Shown here: positions 45,283-57,137 of the stretch, piece by piece
How the letters are laid out: every line of letters starts with the position of its first letter
Position numbering within the stretch: position 1 is the stretch's first letter
Source: Amoebophrya sp. A120
Taxonomy: Eukaryota > Protista > Dinoflagellata
Direction: 5' to 3'
DNA length: 64,000 nt
Assembly: GCA_905178155.1 (NCBI GenBank)
Contig: CAJINV010000009.1
Coordinates: forward strand, 124,001 to 188,000
The notes under the pieces: model-generated
What the model was told of the DNA's origin: nothing
Databases searched by the model: none
The model's input: only the letters and a program-made list of their open reading frames with translations
Position numbers and translations under genes: made by a program

Positions 45283-48200
45283 ATGTTGGCGGGTTTTGGC
45301 GTCGTTTGGGAGAAGAATATGCAGGTGTATTGGCGAAACGGGGGCTACTGCCAGTATCTGGTCACCTACGTGATTGTCTTATGCCTGGGTATCCGTCACC
45401 AGCTGTACTGGAACGCGGAGGAGTTGCGCGCGGACCACTTTACAGCGTACCACGAGACGCTCACCCTCCCGAACACGACCCTGGCGGAGCTGAAAGAAAA
45501 CGCCACCGTGGTGGACACCGTGCGCAAGTGGATTGTTCGTGAGCTCGCGTACGGTCTGGTTCACAACAACGCGGACAGCCAGCAGGAGGCGATGACGCTC
45601 TTGCACGGCGTGTTGCAGCATCCCCACGTGGCGAACTCGGAGCTCGTGTCCGTGCAAAGGGGCGGCCCCGAACCGGAGCTGTTCCGCCACGCTGTGAGCG
45701 GCCTGGTGTCCAACATCACCGCAAAGGTGCTGCGGCAGGAAGCAAGCATTTCCATCGTGGACTTCGTGCGCGAAACCAATCCAGCGTTGCTGCTGCGGGC
45801 GTTTCCCGATCCGCATCTTCTGCAGAACAGCCTGATGCCGATCGAAGAACAAACGGAATACGCACGAAGGCTTGTTTCGGGGGGCCACTTGGGGGGTGGG
45901 ACTGGAAAGATCTTGGGCAAGAAATCTTCTGAGGAGAATGCTGAGATGAAAAGCGCGAGGACGTTTGCGGAGAAACTGTCGGACGAGCACGATTTGATCG
46001 GTTTGTTGGAGAAGATACTCGCCTCAACCGAGCCGCCGGGCGACCTGTCGCGAGTCGTGGACTGGAAGTTTTTGGCCGGGGAAAGCGTGTACGCGGACTA
46101 CGTACGGGACACGCTGAACGTCACCGCCGAGCTTGTCCGCGCATTCTACGGGGAGGACCTGGACAGCGCGAATTATAACGAAGGAGAAGGCGAGGGCCCT
46201 GTTCCAGCCGCCCCTTCCACGCTAACCAAGGAGGATCTGCGGCAGCTGGGAAGCCTGAGCACGGCACTGTTTTTGGCCAATCTAGTGGTGCCAGCCAGTC
46301 GTTTTATTGCGCTCGCGCAGACCAGAAACATGTTTGTTGAAAGCGGCCTTTCACTGTCAGCCGCGGAGGGAGCAGAGAGCGAGACCAACCTCCAGTTGCT
46401 CCACAGCCTGGGGATGCTCATCACCTCGCTGAGAACCGAGAAGCTCGATGTGAAGAAAGATGCAGAGACTAAGAAACCTGAAAAGGCGGGGCTTCAGAAC
46501 GTGGACGGGGAGGAAGCTCCTGCTCCCTGGGGAAACGATCATCCCTGGTGGGTTTTGCAGCTGTTTTCCATGCGACCACGAGCTGCCGCACTCCAGGAGA
46601 AGCTCGGAAACCTAAAGCAGGGCGGCGGCGCTGCCAATGCCACAGTAGGGGTAGTAAATGCCACGGAAATTCCTACACCGACTCTTCAGAGTGAGCTACG
46701 GCAGTCGGTCGAAGCAATTTTGACGATGGAGTTTTTTGCGAACGCACTCGCGTCGAGCGACGTGTCGGCAGTCGAGCTGGGTAAGAGACTGGCCAGCTCA
46801 CGGGAAAGGGCCGCTGAGGTGGCTGTGAAGGAGGCCACTGATCTGAAGAATTCTACCTACTACGATATGCCTTTGGCGCCCATGCTGCTGGATGCGGAGC
46901 ACAGTAAAGAAAGTCAAAAGGTTGGCCCAGCACCAAACTCGTTATACATGTACGAGAAAAATAAGCAGGAACTTCTGAATCCGGGCGGGCGCTTCGGTCC
47001 CGGGGGGGCCGAGGACTTTCAGGATCAGGACCCGAAGAAGAGGGTGGCTAGATTTTGGAAATTCGGGGGCGCAGACCCCTCCGCTGGAGCACTAAAGGAC
47101 CGAACAGATGATCCGGAACAAGCAAAATCCCCCGTAGAGGAAATAGCTAGATTCTTGCCGCGCGACAGATCGAAAGATCGGCGGTTGGCGGAAAAGGGAA
47201 GCGGAAAGGGGCAGCAAGACCACAAAGGCATAGATATGGAAAAGAGGCTGGAGAGGAGGGCCCGACGTGCCCCGCCAGGGAAGGATTTTTTACAATCTCG
47301 CGTTTCGTTTCTGCAGAAGTCGCATCTGCGTCGACGCGCGAGTCCAGCAGCTACGCTTGACGGGAAGTCGAGGGACGCTGGTTTTTCAAAAATCAAAGCT
47401 CCTCGACGTCCAACGACGCTGCTGCAACGCGGACTTCGCCGTGAGGGTGTAACTACTCTGGCCGCGTCTCCACTCAGACCGAAACCGCAGCACACCATGT
47501 TGTCCGAAGACATTCGTCCGGGAGGAGGAGAGTTGAAGACAGAAGGACGAGGCGTCGGTACAACGGGAGAAAGCTCGGCGTGCGCGGATCCAAGTTCCGG
47601 CATCAGACGAAGCGTGAACAACAATGCCAGGGGCACGAACTCCTACGGCAGCCACGCTGGCGGTGATTCCCTCATGGATAAGTCGTCGCGATTTTTGTTT
47701 ACCGCAGAGGGCGATGAAGCAGGTACAGCCGCGAAGATCCACTTCACATCTACATCTTTCGCCGAAGCAGAGGAAGAAGATTCGCAAGAGCAAGATGATG
47801 TCGTGTATAAAAATGCACGTCCCCTTCGGAAAGAAGAGGACACGGCAACATCAACCTTCCTGGCGACTTCATCCAGCAGAGCGACCAAAAATGATCCCCA
47901 TGTTGACGCAGAAAGCCAGAGAGTACAGCTGCCCGACGGGACTGTGGAGCCAGGGAAGAATGAAGGGAAAAGTATCGCACCAGCGCCAACTTCCACACTG
48001 CCCCCGGAGCCAGCCGCACCACAACCGCCTGCTCCGCAGGAGGCCTTGGCACTCGTGTCCCGTCAGACGGAGCGGAACCTTTTGGATTCCATGCGCGCCG
48101 AAATTTTGTCAACATTTGACACGGACGGGGCGCTACTGAACGCCCTGGACGCGGAGCTGACGGACGCCCCGTCCGATCTCGATGTGAAGACCACGGGCGG

Positions 48201-51200
48201 GTGGCCCGACGCCATGGGAAGCATGCGGCTGTTGCTCGGATATCAAAGTGAAAAAAGCCCCCACCCCATATCGGAAACGGAAGATGCGCGAATTTGTGAT
48301 GCTGTATTTGAGTACACAAATCAACTTGTATTGCTAGAAGGCCGAGAGACGAAGCTGCGGCCTAAATTGCAGGTAATCTGTCATGCTGTTTCCCACTTCC
48401 AGTTGCCTCTTGTCATCCTGGAGCTGCAAGGCTTTCCCACGCTAGACAGCGCTACAGTCTGCATCTTTTGCCTTCTAGCATCACAAAGCTGATTTGTGAC
48501 CACAAATCTGCATCACAGATTTCCGTTTTGATATGGGGAGAGGGCATTTTTCATGGTAATATCGGATTCATCCTGTTCATCCTCGAAGCCGTGGTGGCCT
48601 GGTTCACGTTTCTACTACCGTTGTCTTTCCTCTACCGCTTGTACGGACTGGCGATTTTTGCGGAGAAGGAAAGCGAGCTGATGGACATGCAGCTGATTTA
48701 CGGCATGCGGAAGCGCACGTACTGGGTGGCAAACATCCTCTTCTTTTTCGTTGTCCTCGGCACCCCGTTCATGATCACGCACTGGGTGAACCTGGCTCTG
48801 GTCGCACAGATTATCCCCCTCGACCGCCTGTGGCCGTCGAACTTCCTGTTTTACGTCTTCGCGCCCATGTGCCCACCGCTGGCGGTGTTGCTGGCGGTGT
48901 CCGCCTTGGCCATGCGTGTGCGAAATTCCGAGAAGTTCGAGAGCGCGGTGACCACGATCAGTTCGCTCGGGAATTTGCTGGTCTTGGGCGTCTACATTCT
49001 CTGGGAGGTCCTCCTGCCGACGCGCATTTCCTTCTGGGCGACTGCGATCCGGGGCGCGCTGACCACCCACGGGCTCGCGGCCACGGAGGAGGTCCCCTTG
49101 GCATCCATGTGTCCCGACGTCAGCGCGGGCGCGTGGAACGTGGTGCTGTCGACGATCTTCGGCGTTGCCGTTCCCGGCTACGCCTACATGCGGCTGAACA
49201 TGCGGGGCTGGCAAATGAAGGGCGTGCTGCAGCTGATGCGGCATCGGGGCAGCGAGATGGGTTGGTACTCGCTGGAACCCTTGGCGCCGGCCTGGAACCA
49301 GGGCCTCCGCGGCCACAGTTTGTACTACTGCGCGCGCGACAACTTTCCCTCCCCGCCACCGGACACCGTCCGCAGCCAGCCCGCGCTGGATCTGACCGGG
49401 CTGTCCCGTCTCGCGTGGTCCTACGAGGACGGCGACAAGATCGAGCAGTACGCCAACCAGGCGGGCGCCGCGGAGCTGAGCCGCACGCTTCCGTTTGCGG
49501 ACTACGATCTGATCATCCTGCTGGACCTGCTCGCGGTCTTTCTCAACGTGGGCTTCTGGATTCTGGTGGTGTACCGGATCGAAAGGTACCAGAAGCAGGC
49601 CACTTCCGGGGACGTGCTTACGGTCGAGGAGACCTTTCGCGAAGCGGGACTCGCGACGGACGCGCCGCCCAAGGTAAAAATGGTGCTTGCGAGTTCCGAT
49701 TCTTCGGACTCGGATTGGGATTCAGTGCGAGCAAAGTATCGCCAGTCGGTCGCCGGGCCGAGCGGAGCAGACAGAGCTTCTGCGAGATTGTCGTTGTTGA
49801 AAAGGCAAAGCCTACAACAACGGGGAAGCAAAGAACCTGCTTTCGAGCCGCCTGATCGTCCTGAAGAACAAGCCAATTTGCAGCCCGCGGGGGCGAAGAA
49901 GGGGAAGCATGTTGCGCCGTCCGTCCCGGCGCGCGGACACAAAGTGCCGATCGTTCTGCAGGTGAAGAAGGTTACGAAGACGTTTTTGCAAGGCGAGAAG
50001 GTCGTGAACAACGACGTGAGTTTCGAGATCAAGCGCGGCGAGATTTTCGGGCTGCTGGGGCACAACGGGGCGGGAAAAACCACTTTGCTGAACATGATCA
50101 GTGGCAAGGTCCCGGTGACGTTCGGAAAGATCGTGATCATGGGACGAACCAACAGCGCGGCAGAGATCCGCAAGAACAATTTGATCACACTCTGTCCGCA
50201 GGGGAATCCCTTGTGGGACAATTTCACCGTGGACCAGCACGTGCGGTTCTTTGCCCGGTTGCGCAACGTGGACGACGTGGAGGCCTCGGTCCGCAAGTAC
50301 GCGTCGCTTTTAGGGTTGAGCCAGCACTTTGACACGCACTGCAAGTACCTGTCCGGCGGGCAGAAGCGGCGGCTGTGGGTGCTGTGCTGTCTGCTCGGGT
50401 CCGCGCCGGTGGTGCTGATGGACGAGCCCACGACGGGCATGGATCCGCAGGCGCGCCGAGATTTTTGGATTTTGCTCAAGAAGATCGTGAAGGAGGAGAA
50501 GCGGTCCGTCATCTTCACCACACACTACCTCGAGGAGGCGGACCTGCTTGCGGAGCGGAAGTGCATCTTGGCGCACGGCAAGATCCGTGCGATTGGCACG
50601 TCGCAGCAGCTGAAGCGGCAACTCGGCAGCGGGTTCTGGATTCACGCGATGATCGAAAAGCGGGAGGACGCGAACCCAGACCTGGTAAGGAACGCACTAA
50701 GATCCCTCGCGCCCATCATCGAACGTGTTCTGTACCCGAAAGGCATCACATTTTCCTCTAGGCCAGTGACATCAACTGCCGCCAGGAGTCCTCCTTCGAT
50801 GGGCACTGCAGCACTTCTGGACCGAGGCGCAGATTCCATGGACACGGACAGCGAGAGAAGCGAAAAGAAAAAACGGAAGAAAAACAAAGAGCCACTTCCG
50901 CTGGCTGAGTTGGACGACGGGTCGCGGACTATGATTGGCAAGATCGTGACGAAAAATCCTCGCAACAGCCGGCACTTCTTGGCCTTTCTCATCCCTTGGG
51001 AAAAGATCCCGCAAATGGCGGCCGTGCTGGAGGCCCTGCAGAAGCGCCGGGGGGAGATGCTCGAACGGGGATGGACAGTGATCCCCACCAGTTTGTTGTC
51101 CGGATTGCACGGTGAACTCGCCGACCCCGTGAGGGTGGACTTCACCATCGCACAGACCACGCTGGAGGAAGTGTTTCACACGGCGGGCGAGGTGGCAGAC

Positions 51201-54200
51201 CGGGAGCTGTACGACTTCGCACAGCTAGCCGCGTTGCGGTCGGTCGGCGCGCGGGACCTGGCCCTGTCTCGTGCGCCGCTCAGGAGGCGGCAGCTCGGAT
51301 TCAAGTCGCAGTTCTTGGCCATCGTGGAGTTTCGGCTTTTCGGTTCCGTTTTTAATCGAACCACTCTGGGACACTGGGCAGTTGCCGCCTTTTTTCTGGC
51401 GGCGTACTTCGGCTACTGCCTTCTGATGAAATACCAGGTCGACTCCCAGCTCGCGGCCGCCGAGAACGATGAAAGCACGACGACCTCCTCCTCCGCCGAA
51501 GACCAACTGAATCTCCATTGGGCCGCGGTGCTCATGTGCTTGGGTCTCGCCTCGCTGGTGATGCCCTTTGCCTTCTTTCTGTTCGGCGGAACCCTCGTCC
51601 GGAGAGACTACCTGCTGGAGAGCGACTGCGACCTGCAACTGTGGCGCCACTTGTCCATGCACGGTGTCCGCCGCGTTGCCTACCACGCGGGCACTTTCGC
51701 GTCGTGGTTCATTTTCTTTGCGACCCCGTTCTGGCTTGCGTTTGCGCTGATCACGCTGCATTCCATGGGCGACGTGTTTTCGTGCTCGAGCGCGATGCGG
51801 GGCGTCTTTGTCTGCATGCAGCTCGTCTTCCCCGCCTTGAACTCCATTATTTGTCCCATGTTCGTGTGCGGCAGCTCGTTCACGACGAGAAACCTGTGGA
51901 CGGTGTTTTTCGTGTGCAGTTTTGCGGTCGCGTTTCTGCCGATGATTTTGGGGAAAATCCTCAGCACCGGCTACTACGACGTGGAGCAGACCGCGCCCAG
52001 CTGCCTGATCCTCGAGTTCGCGATGGCCAGTGCCGGGGTGGAGAGTGTGGGGGAGATCCTGCAATTCGGGTTCCCCAACGGCTGGATGAAGGTCTGGCTG
52101 CCGATCTACATCCTGTTCCCACCGATCGCCCAGGCGGCGAGCCTCCAGGGGCTCTACAAAATGTGGGCATTGTGGAAGTTGGACGTGCATTTTGTCGGCC
52201 ACATCAACACTGGGGCCTTGCTCAGGTCACGGCTGGTTCAAAGAACCAACTCTGGAAGTTTCAACAAACTCGCACCTCCGTCGGAGGCTCGGCGTCATTT
52301 CGACAGTGCGGTCGCAGAAGAGAACGGGCGGACGGTGGTAAAGAGCAAGTACTACGGTGCCAACTTCTTTCTGTTTGGGCACGTCCCGGAAGACATGCCT
52401 GATGGCGACGACCTGCAGCGGAGCCTGGCGAAGCTTGAGCCGAATCATTGTCAGGCCGAGTACTGGGAGACGGTTGCGTGGTATGAGGTGCTGGCTCCGC
52501 TCTACAGCTTTTTGTTCTACCTTTCCGTTTGGCTTCTCTGGGAGGGGCTGATCCAGCCTTACCTCGCGGGACGCGGAGAAGTGCGGCACGAGAGCAAGGC
52601 AAAGTTGGAAGGCGCCCTCCGCGACGAAGGGGCGGAGCCGGCTCTACAGGAGCACAACCTGCCCTCCAAACCGCCCTCGCTGAACCCGATGCTGTCGCGC
52701 TGGTCGCAAAACTCCACGAACAGCGCGGGCTCGCAGGGCTCTCTAGGCGGTGTAGCCGCCGGAGGACCGGGCACGGTTAACCTACCCAGCCCGGAGGCGA
52801 TTGCCGCTATGACCGTCGTTCCACCGATCGCTGCGGACGAAGAAAGGGACGAGGACATCGTCGCCGAGGAAAAGCGGCTGAAAAACCGGGAGCACGAGCC
52901 CGCTGTGCTCGCGATAGACGTCTGGAAGCACTTCAAAGTGTTGTCAACAGCAGCGAGTACCCAGGCGCGGCTCGTTCGCGACGGTCTGAAGAAGCAATTC
53001 TCGTCCGCCGAGGGAGGAGGTTCTTTAGCAAAGCCGGCTACAAGAACTCCTGCCGACGCAGACGCCGGCAGGCACGTTCCTCCTGGTGAAATAATTACAG
53101 CTGAAGAGAAGGGAACCAAGAATCTTCCTCCCTCGCCGTCCAAAGAAGATCATAGTGCACCGCCTCCAGCACTCGACATCAGTCCGACACAGGAGGAAAC
53201 CACCAGCCTCCGGTGGGCTACCCGGGGCGTCACTCTGGGGGTGGAGAAGACGGAGTGCTTTGCACTGCTGGGCCCGAACGGCGCAGGGAAGACAACTTTG
53301 TTCAACCTTTTGTCGGGCTACGAAACCTTGGACATCGGAGAGGTTTCTCTTTTTGGCAAAATCATGTCTAGCTTTGGCACGACGGATCAGGAGAATGCGC
53401 GGTCGATCATGTCGTCCCCCAAGCGAAGCAAAAGGCGGACCAGCTATGAGCTGGATATGTTAACGACGGGGTTTCAGCGGCGGGAGGACGTGATCGGGGT
53501 GGTCCCGCAGTTTGACAAGTTGTGGCCTCACCTTACCGGCCGGCAGCATGTGCGTCTGTACGCGAAGTGTTCCGGCACGTACTACCCGTTACCGCCAGGA
53601 CCGGGTCAGAGGCTGTCTCCGGACGAGCTGCTCGGCATTCCGCGCGATGACGGCGAGGAGCGGGTCTCGCGGTTTCTGCGCGAGGTGCAACTTTCCGACA
53701 AGGACGCCGACCGGGCGGTGGAAACCTACTCGGGCGGCATGAAGAGACGTCTCTCCCTCGCCGTCAGTCTGGTCACCGATCCCGCACTGGTGTTCCTCGA
53801 CGAGATGTCTGCGGGCGTGGACGTGGTGGCTCAGAAGGCGTTGTGGAACAAGCTGATCAACCGGCCCCGTGGGCAGACGGTGGTCACCACCACGCACTCC
53901 ATGGCCGAGGCCGACGCGGTCTCGGACCGCATTGGCATTTTGGTGTCGGGGCAGCTCAAGTGTCTGGGGCCCAGCTACAAAATCAAAAGCAAGTACGGGA
54001 ACGGATTTCATTTGGAATTGATTCTGAACCTGAGCAAGCACCGGTTGCTAAGGATGCAGCAAGAGTTGGCGATGGAAGCGGGCGGCGGATCGCGCATAAG
54101 CGGTATTGGAGAATCAGTTCTCCCGGCAGCAGGAAACAAGGCACAAAAGAACTCACCGAGGAGCGACGCTGTGGTCGAAGTTGTAAAAAGCAACGGCGTG

Positions 54201-55526
54201 TCGGAGTTGTCGAGACCTGCAGTGGGTGGATCAGAGGAAAGAGTACCGGCTTCGCAGGAGAACGCAACAAACGTCGCAGCGCGGGTGGTGGTTCCCGAAG
54301 GAGAGACAGATGCACTAGAACCGGAACAAGGAACTGAACAACATCACAACCCGCTGGGAAGTCGTGATATGATTGAAGAGCAGGCTCTACCTCACGCGGC
54401 GGAAGAAGAAAGGCCACCATCAACCACGCACAGTGTTTCTCCTGTTGATGTTCCGCCGAACGGTCTCTCAGGTACGACGAGCCACATCGCGGTCCACGCA
54501 AATAAACCAGGCGCGGTTGGTAGCCCGGGAACTTCTACACGTGCCGGTTACCATCATAGTGGTAGCAACGTCACAAAGATGTCAACGGAGATGATTGAGC
54601 AGCTGACTTCCAATGTTGAGGAGGTGGAAACGTTTGTGATCGATTCTTTGCTGTCGTGGAAAAGTAGACGAGATGGGGGAGGAGAAATCGAACGCGGCAA
54701 GACTGTCGAGCAGACGAAGAAACAAGTACAACATCGCAGGAGCAGAAGTACAACATCGAGCGGAAGTTCAACATCGCAGGAACAGACGCCGGTAAGCGAG
54801 ATTGGATTGATTCGCGAGGACATCCAGGTGCTGGAAAAAATGCTGTTTTCGCATCACCGAGTGCGACTGATTCTCTCGCTTAACCCGCCGAGGATCCAGA
54901 AAAGGTCTCTGAAGAAACAAACGAGCAAAACAACGTCTCCAAAAAACGCATTGAGAGTGCCAGGAAATAAACAAGCAAAACAGGGTCAACCAGTAGCGCC
55001 ATCATTTACCCTGAATTACAAGGCAAGGCTCAAAGGAAATCAACAAGAAAGAGTTCCAGCTACTGCACCGGAAGGCGAAGCTGATCCTCCAGATGCGGAA
55101 AATGCCGTCAGTATCGACATCGATGGAGGTCGAGATGATGCGGAGGCGACTGGAGATGACGGGACTATCAAGGATCTAACGGCACAAGAGTTCGAGAAAT
55201 ACGGCTTAGCGGAGGCGTTGCTCCTTTCCGAGGAAGACAACGAGTTTAAAGAGGTCACCACTCAAGTGCAGGGTGCGAGAAGAGGATCGCTGGCCGCGAA
55301 ATTTATGCAGAAGGACAAGAAGAGGCTGTTGCGGCAAGTGAACCTGGCGGGAGTGTTTCGGTGGTGTGCGGAGGATCCATTGAATATTATTGAAGACTAC
55401 TCCTTCGGTGAACCAACGCTGGAGCAAGTCTTTCTCAAATTCGCCAAACAGCAGGAAAAGGACGATGCCAGCGGAAGGAGGGACCGCGCGGAGGCGAAAT
55501 TCCGTGGAAGCACTGATTCGTTGTAG
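45283..55526 (+). CDS. Full-size ABCA-subfamily transporter (paralog 2), two exons (45283-48240 and 48567-55526), ~3,305 aa
   Basis: Two TMD-NBD halves with GHNGAGKTT, LSGGQKRRL, DEPTTGMD and GPNGAGKTT, YSGGMKRRL, DEMSAGVD; C-terminal PTLEQVF. The N-terminus (KN..V.W.NGGYC..L.TY) is shared with paralog 1. Confidence 0.93.
48241..48561. mobile_element. Introner/MITE family C, 321 bp, TSD TCGGA
   Basis: TATCAAAGTGAAAAAAGCCCCCACCCCATATC ... GATATGGGGAGAGGGCATTTTTCATGGTAATA. The subterminal sequence is shared with 39981-40302. Removal gives MRLLLG-FILFILEA (paralog: LQLLQAFIFLVVEA). Confidence 0.93.
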
Positions 55527-56069
55527 CTTAGTTTTAAGGTTGTGAATTTACTACGGCTCCTTTATCGCTGTTTGTAGCTTTCACAGAACGCAAGAAAATC
55601 GCGTCGAACAATCTGTCAGTGGAGAGAAAAGGAACGGCACTTTACCACTTTCATTGTAACGCACAGTTTTTTTTATTCGTTTACATGATCCTTTGATTCG
55701 GAACAGAAACAATAACAAATTACTCAATCTTGATCTTTCCAACGAAGTCAAAAATTGCTCAGTAACACCTCCTGACGTCGACAGACGTGTATTTCTTTTT
55801 ATTCCACTCGGTGGTCTTCGTGTTCGATATGGTTACGGTCACGGGTGCTCTTTTATTGCTTCTGTCTCGTCACGATGTACTCGGTATGCGCTCCTACTTT
55901 CCAACCACTACCATACCCACAGTCGTAAGTAGCAAAATTTTCCAAGACCATTTCGAAACATCGTGTTTGTTGAGTTGTGATCTCGTCCTCCTACTCCGGA
56001 GTAGTTCCGTTTCTGTTTCAAGGTCGATCTTTCTACCATCTGCATTTGCTTCTGGTATTTTCTTAGAAA

Positions 56070-57137
56070 ATGCTAATGCTGGCTCTCGTCCCTCCCAGTT
56101 TCGCTCGGTTGCGTTCGTCGTTCCTCCACCTTGCGGCTGCGGTTTTGGGCAGCACTATTTCGTCCAGCCTCGTGTCAGCGCGTAACCTGAAAGTTTCATG
56201 GAGCGACTGCGGGGCGGTCAGCGACAAAAGATTCGGGGTACTTCCCTTTGGGAAAAGAATGAAAAAGCTAAAGGAAAATAAGGCCGCTGCGCGGATGAAC
56301 TCCAGAGGCGTCGGCGACGCGGGTAAAATCACCAAAGTGGATATTTCGCCGCAGCCCCTGGTCTTGGGACAAGAGATGAAGATTGGAATCGAGTTTCAGT
56401 CGGGCGTGCCTGTACAATTTTCTATCGTGCCTAATCCTGCACCTGTAGCTTTTTGGAATTAGAACATGAAGAACTAGTCCTTTGTTTTTGGTCCTGCTTG
56501 TTCGGTGAAATTTACACCTGTACATTGATTGCGGCGACAAGAGTGAAACTCTGCAATATTAAGTATTGATCAGCGTCCATTTAGTTTCGCCTTATTTATT
56601 GTTCTCTCTCCTTAGGTTCCGGCCGGAGCAGGAAGCATTTTGGAAGTATCTGGGAAGGAAGGCTGGTTCGTGAGTTTCAAGCACGACTTCGATCTTTGTA
56701 CGGACCAAGATTTCGAGTTTCCCATGAACTTGGGCAACTTTCACCTGGACGGTCTGGGGAATTGCGGTGAGAAGAAAGAAATGGTGAACCACAGCGGTGC
56801 GTTTCCGTCAACAAAGTGGTCCTCTTCAAGTAGATTCGCGAGGAAGAAAAACCCGGAAGTTGATGAAAACCAAAACTCTACTGCGCCCAAGACATACGAT
56901 CTAGCTCTGTCCGCGACAGTGAACGAGGGTATCGCGAGCTTGGCTTCGAAAGGAACGGTGTGGCTCAAACCGAAGATCAACAACGGCGAAGAATTAGCCT
57001 GTTTGCAATTTCAACTGGAACTGGAGGGGGAGCCGAACAATAAAGCCGACCCGGTCGCCGGCAGCGGTGATGGCGCGACGGTTCCGTCTGTTTTTTCTAC
57101 GGCATTGCGAAATAGTGGTCAGGAGGTCTGGATCTAG
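56070..57137 (+). CDS. ML-domain (NPC2/MD-2-like) lipid-recognition protein; exons 56070-56411 and 56616-57137
   Basis: Signal-like N-terminus followed by VSWSDCG, ITKVDISPQPLVLGQEMKI, FDLC and ELACLQFQL, which are typical of ML domains. Phase-0 GT-AG intron at 56412-56615. Confidence 0.75.

Noticed and set aside
559-54989. Many minus-strand and alternate-frame ORFs of 100-340 aa (e.g. 11614-12633, 49502-50521, 51225-52202)
   Set aside because: They are shadows of GC3-rich plus-strand coding regions and have no recognisable motifs.
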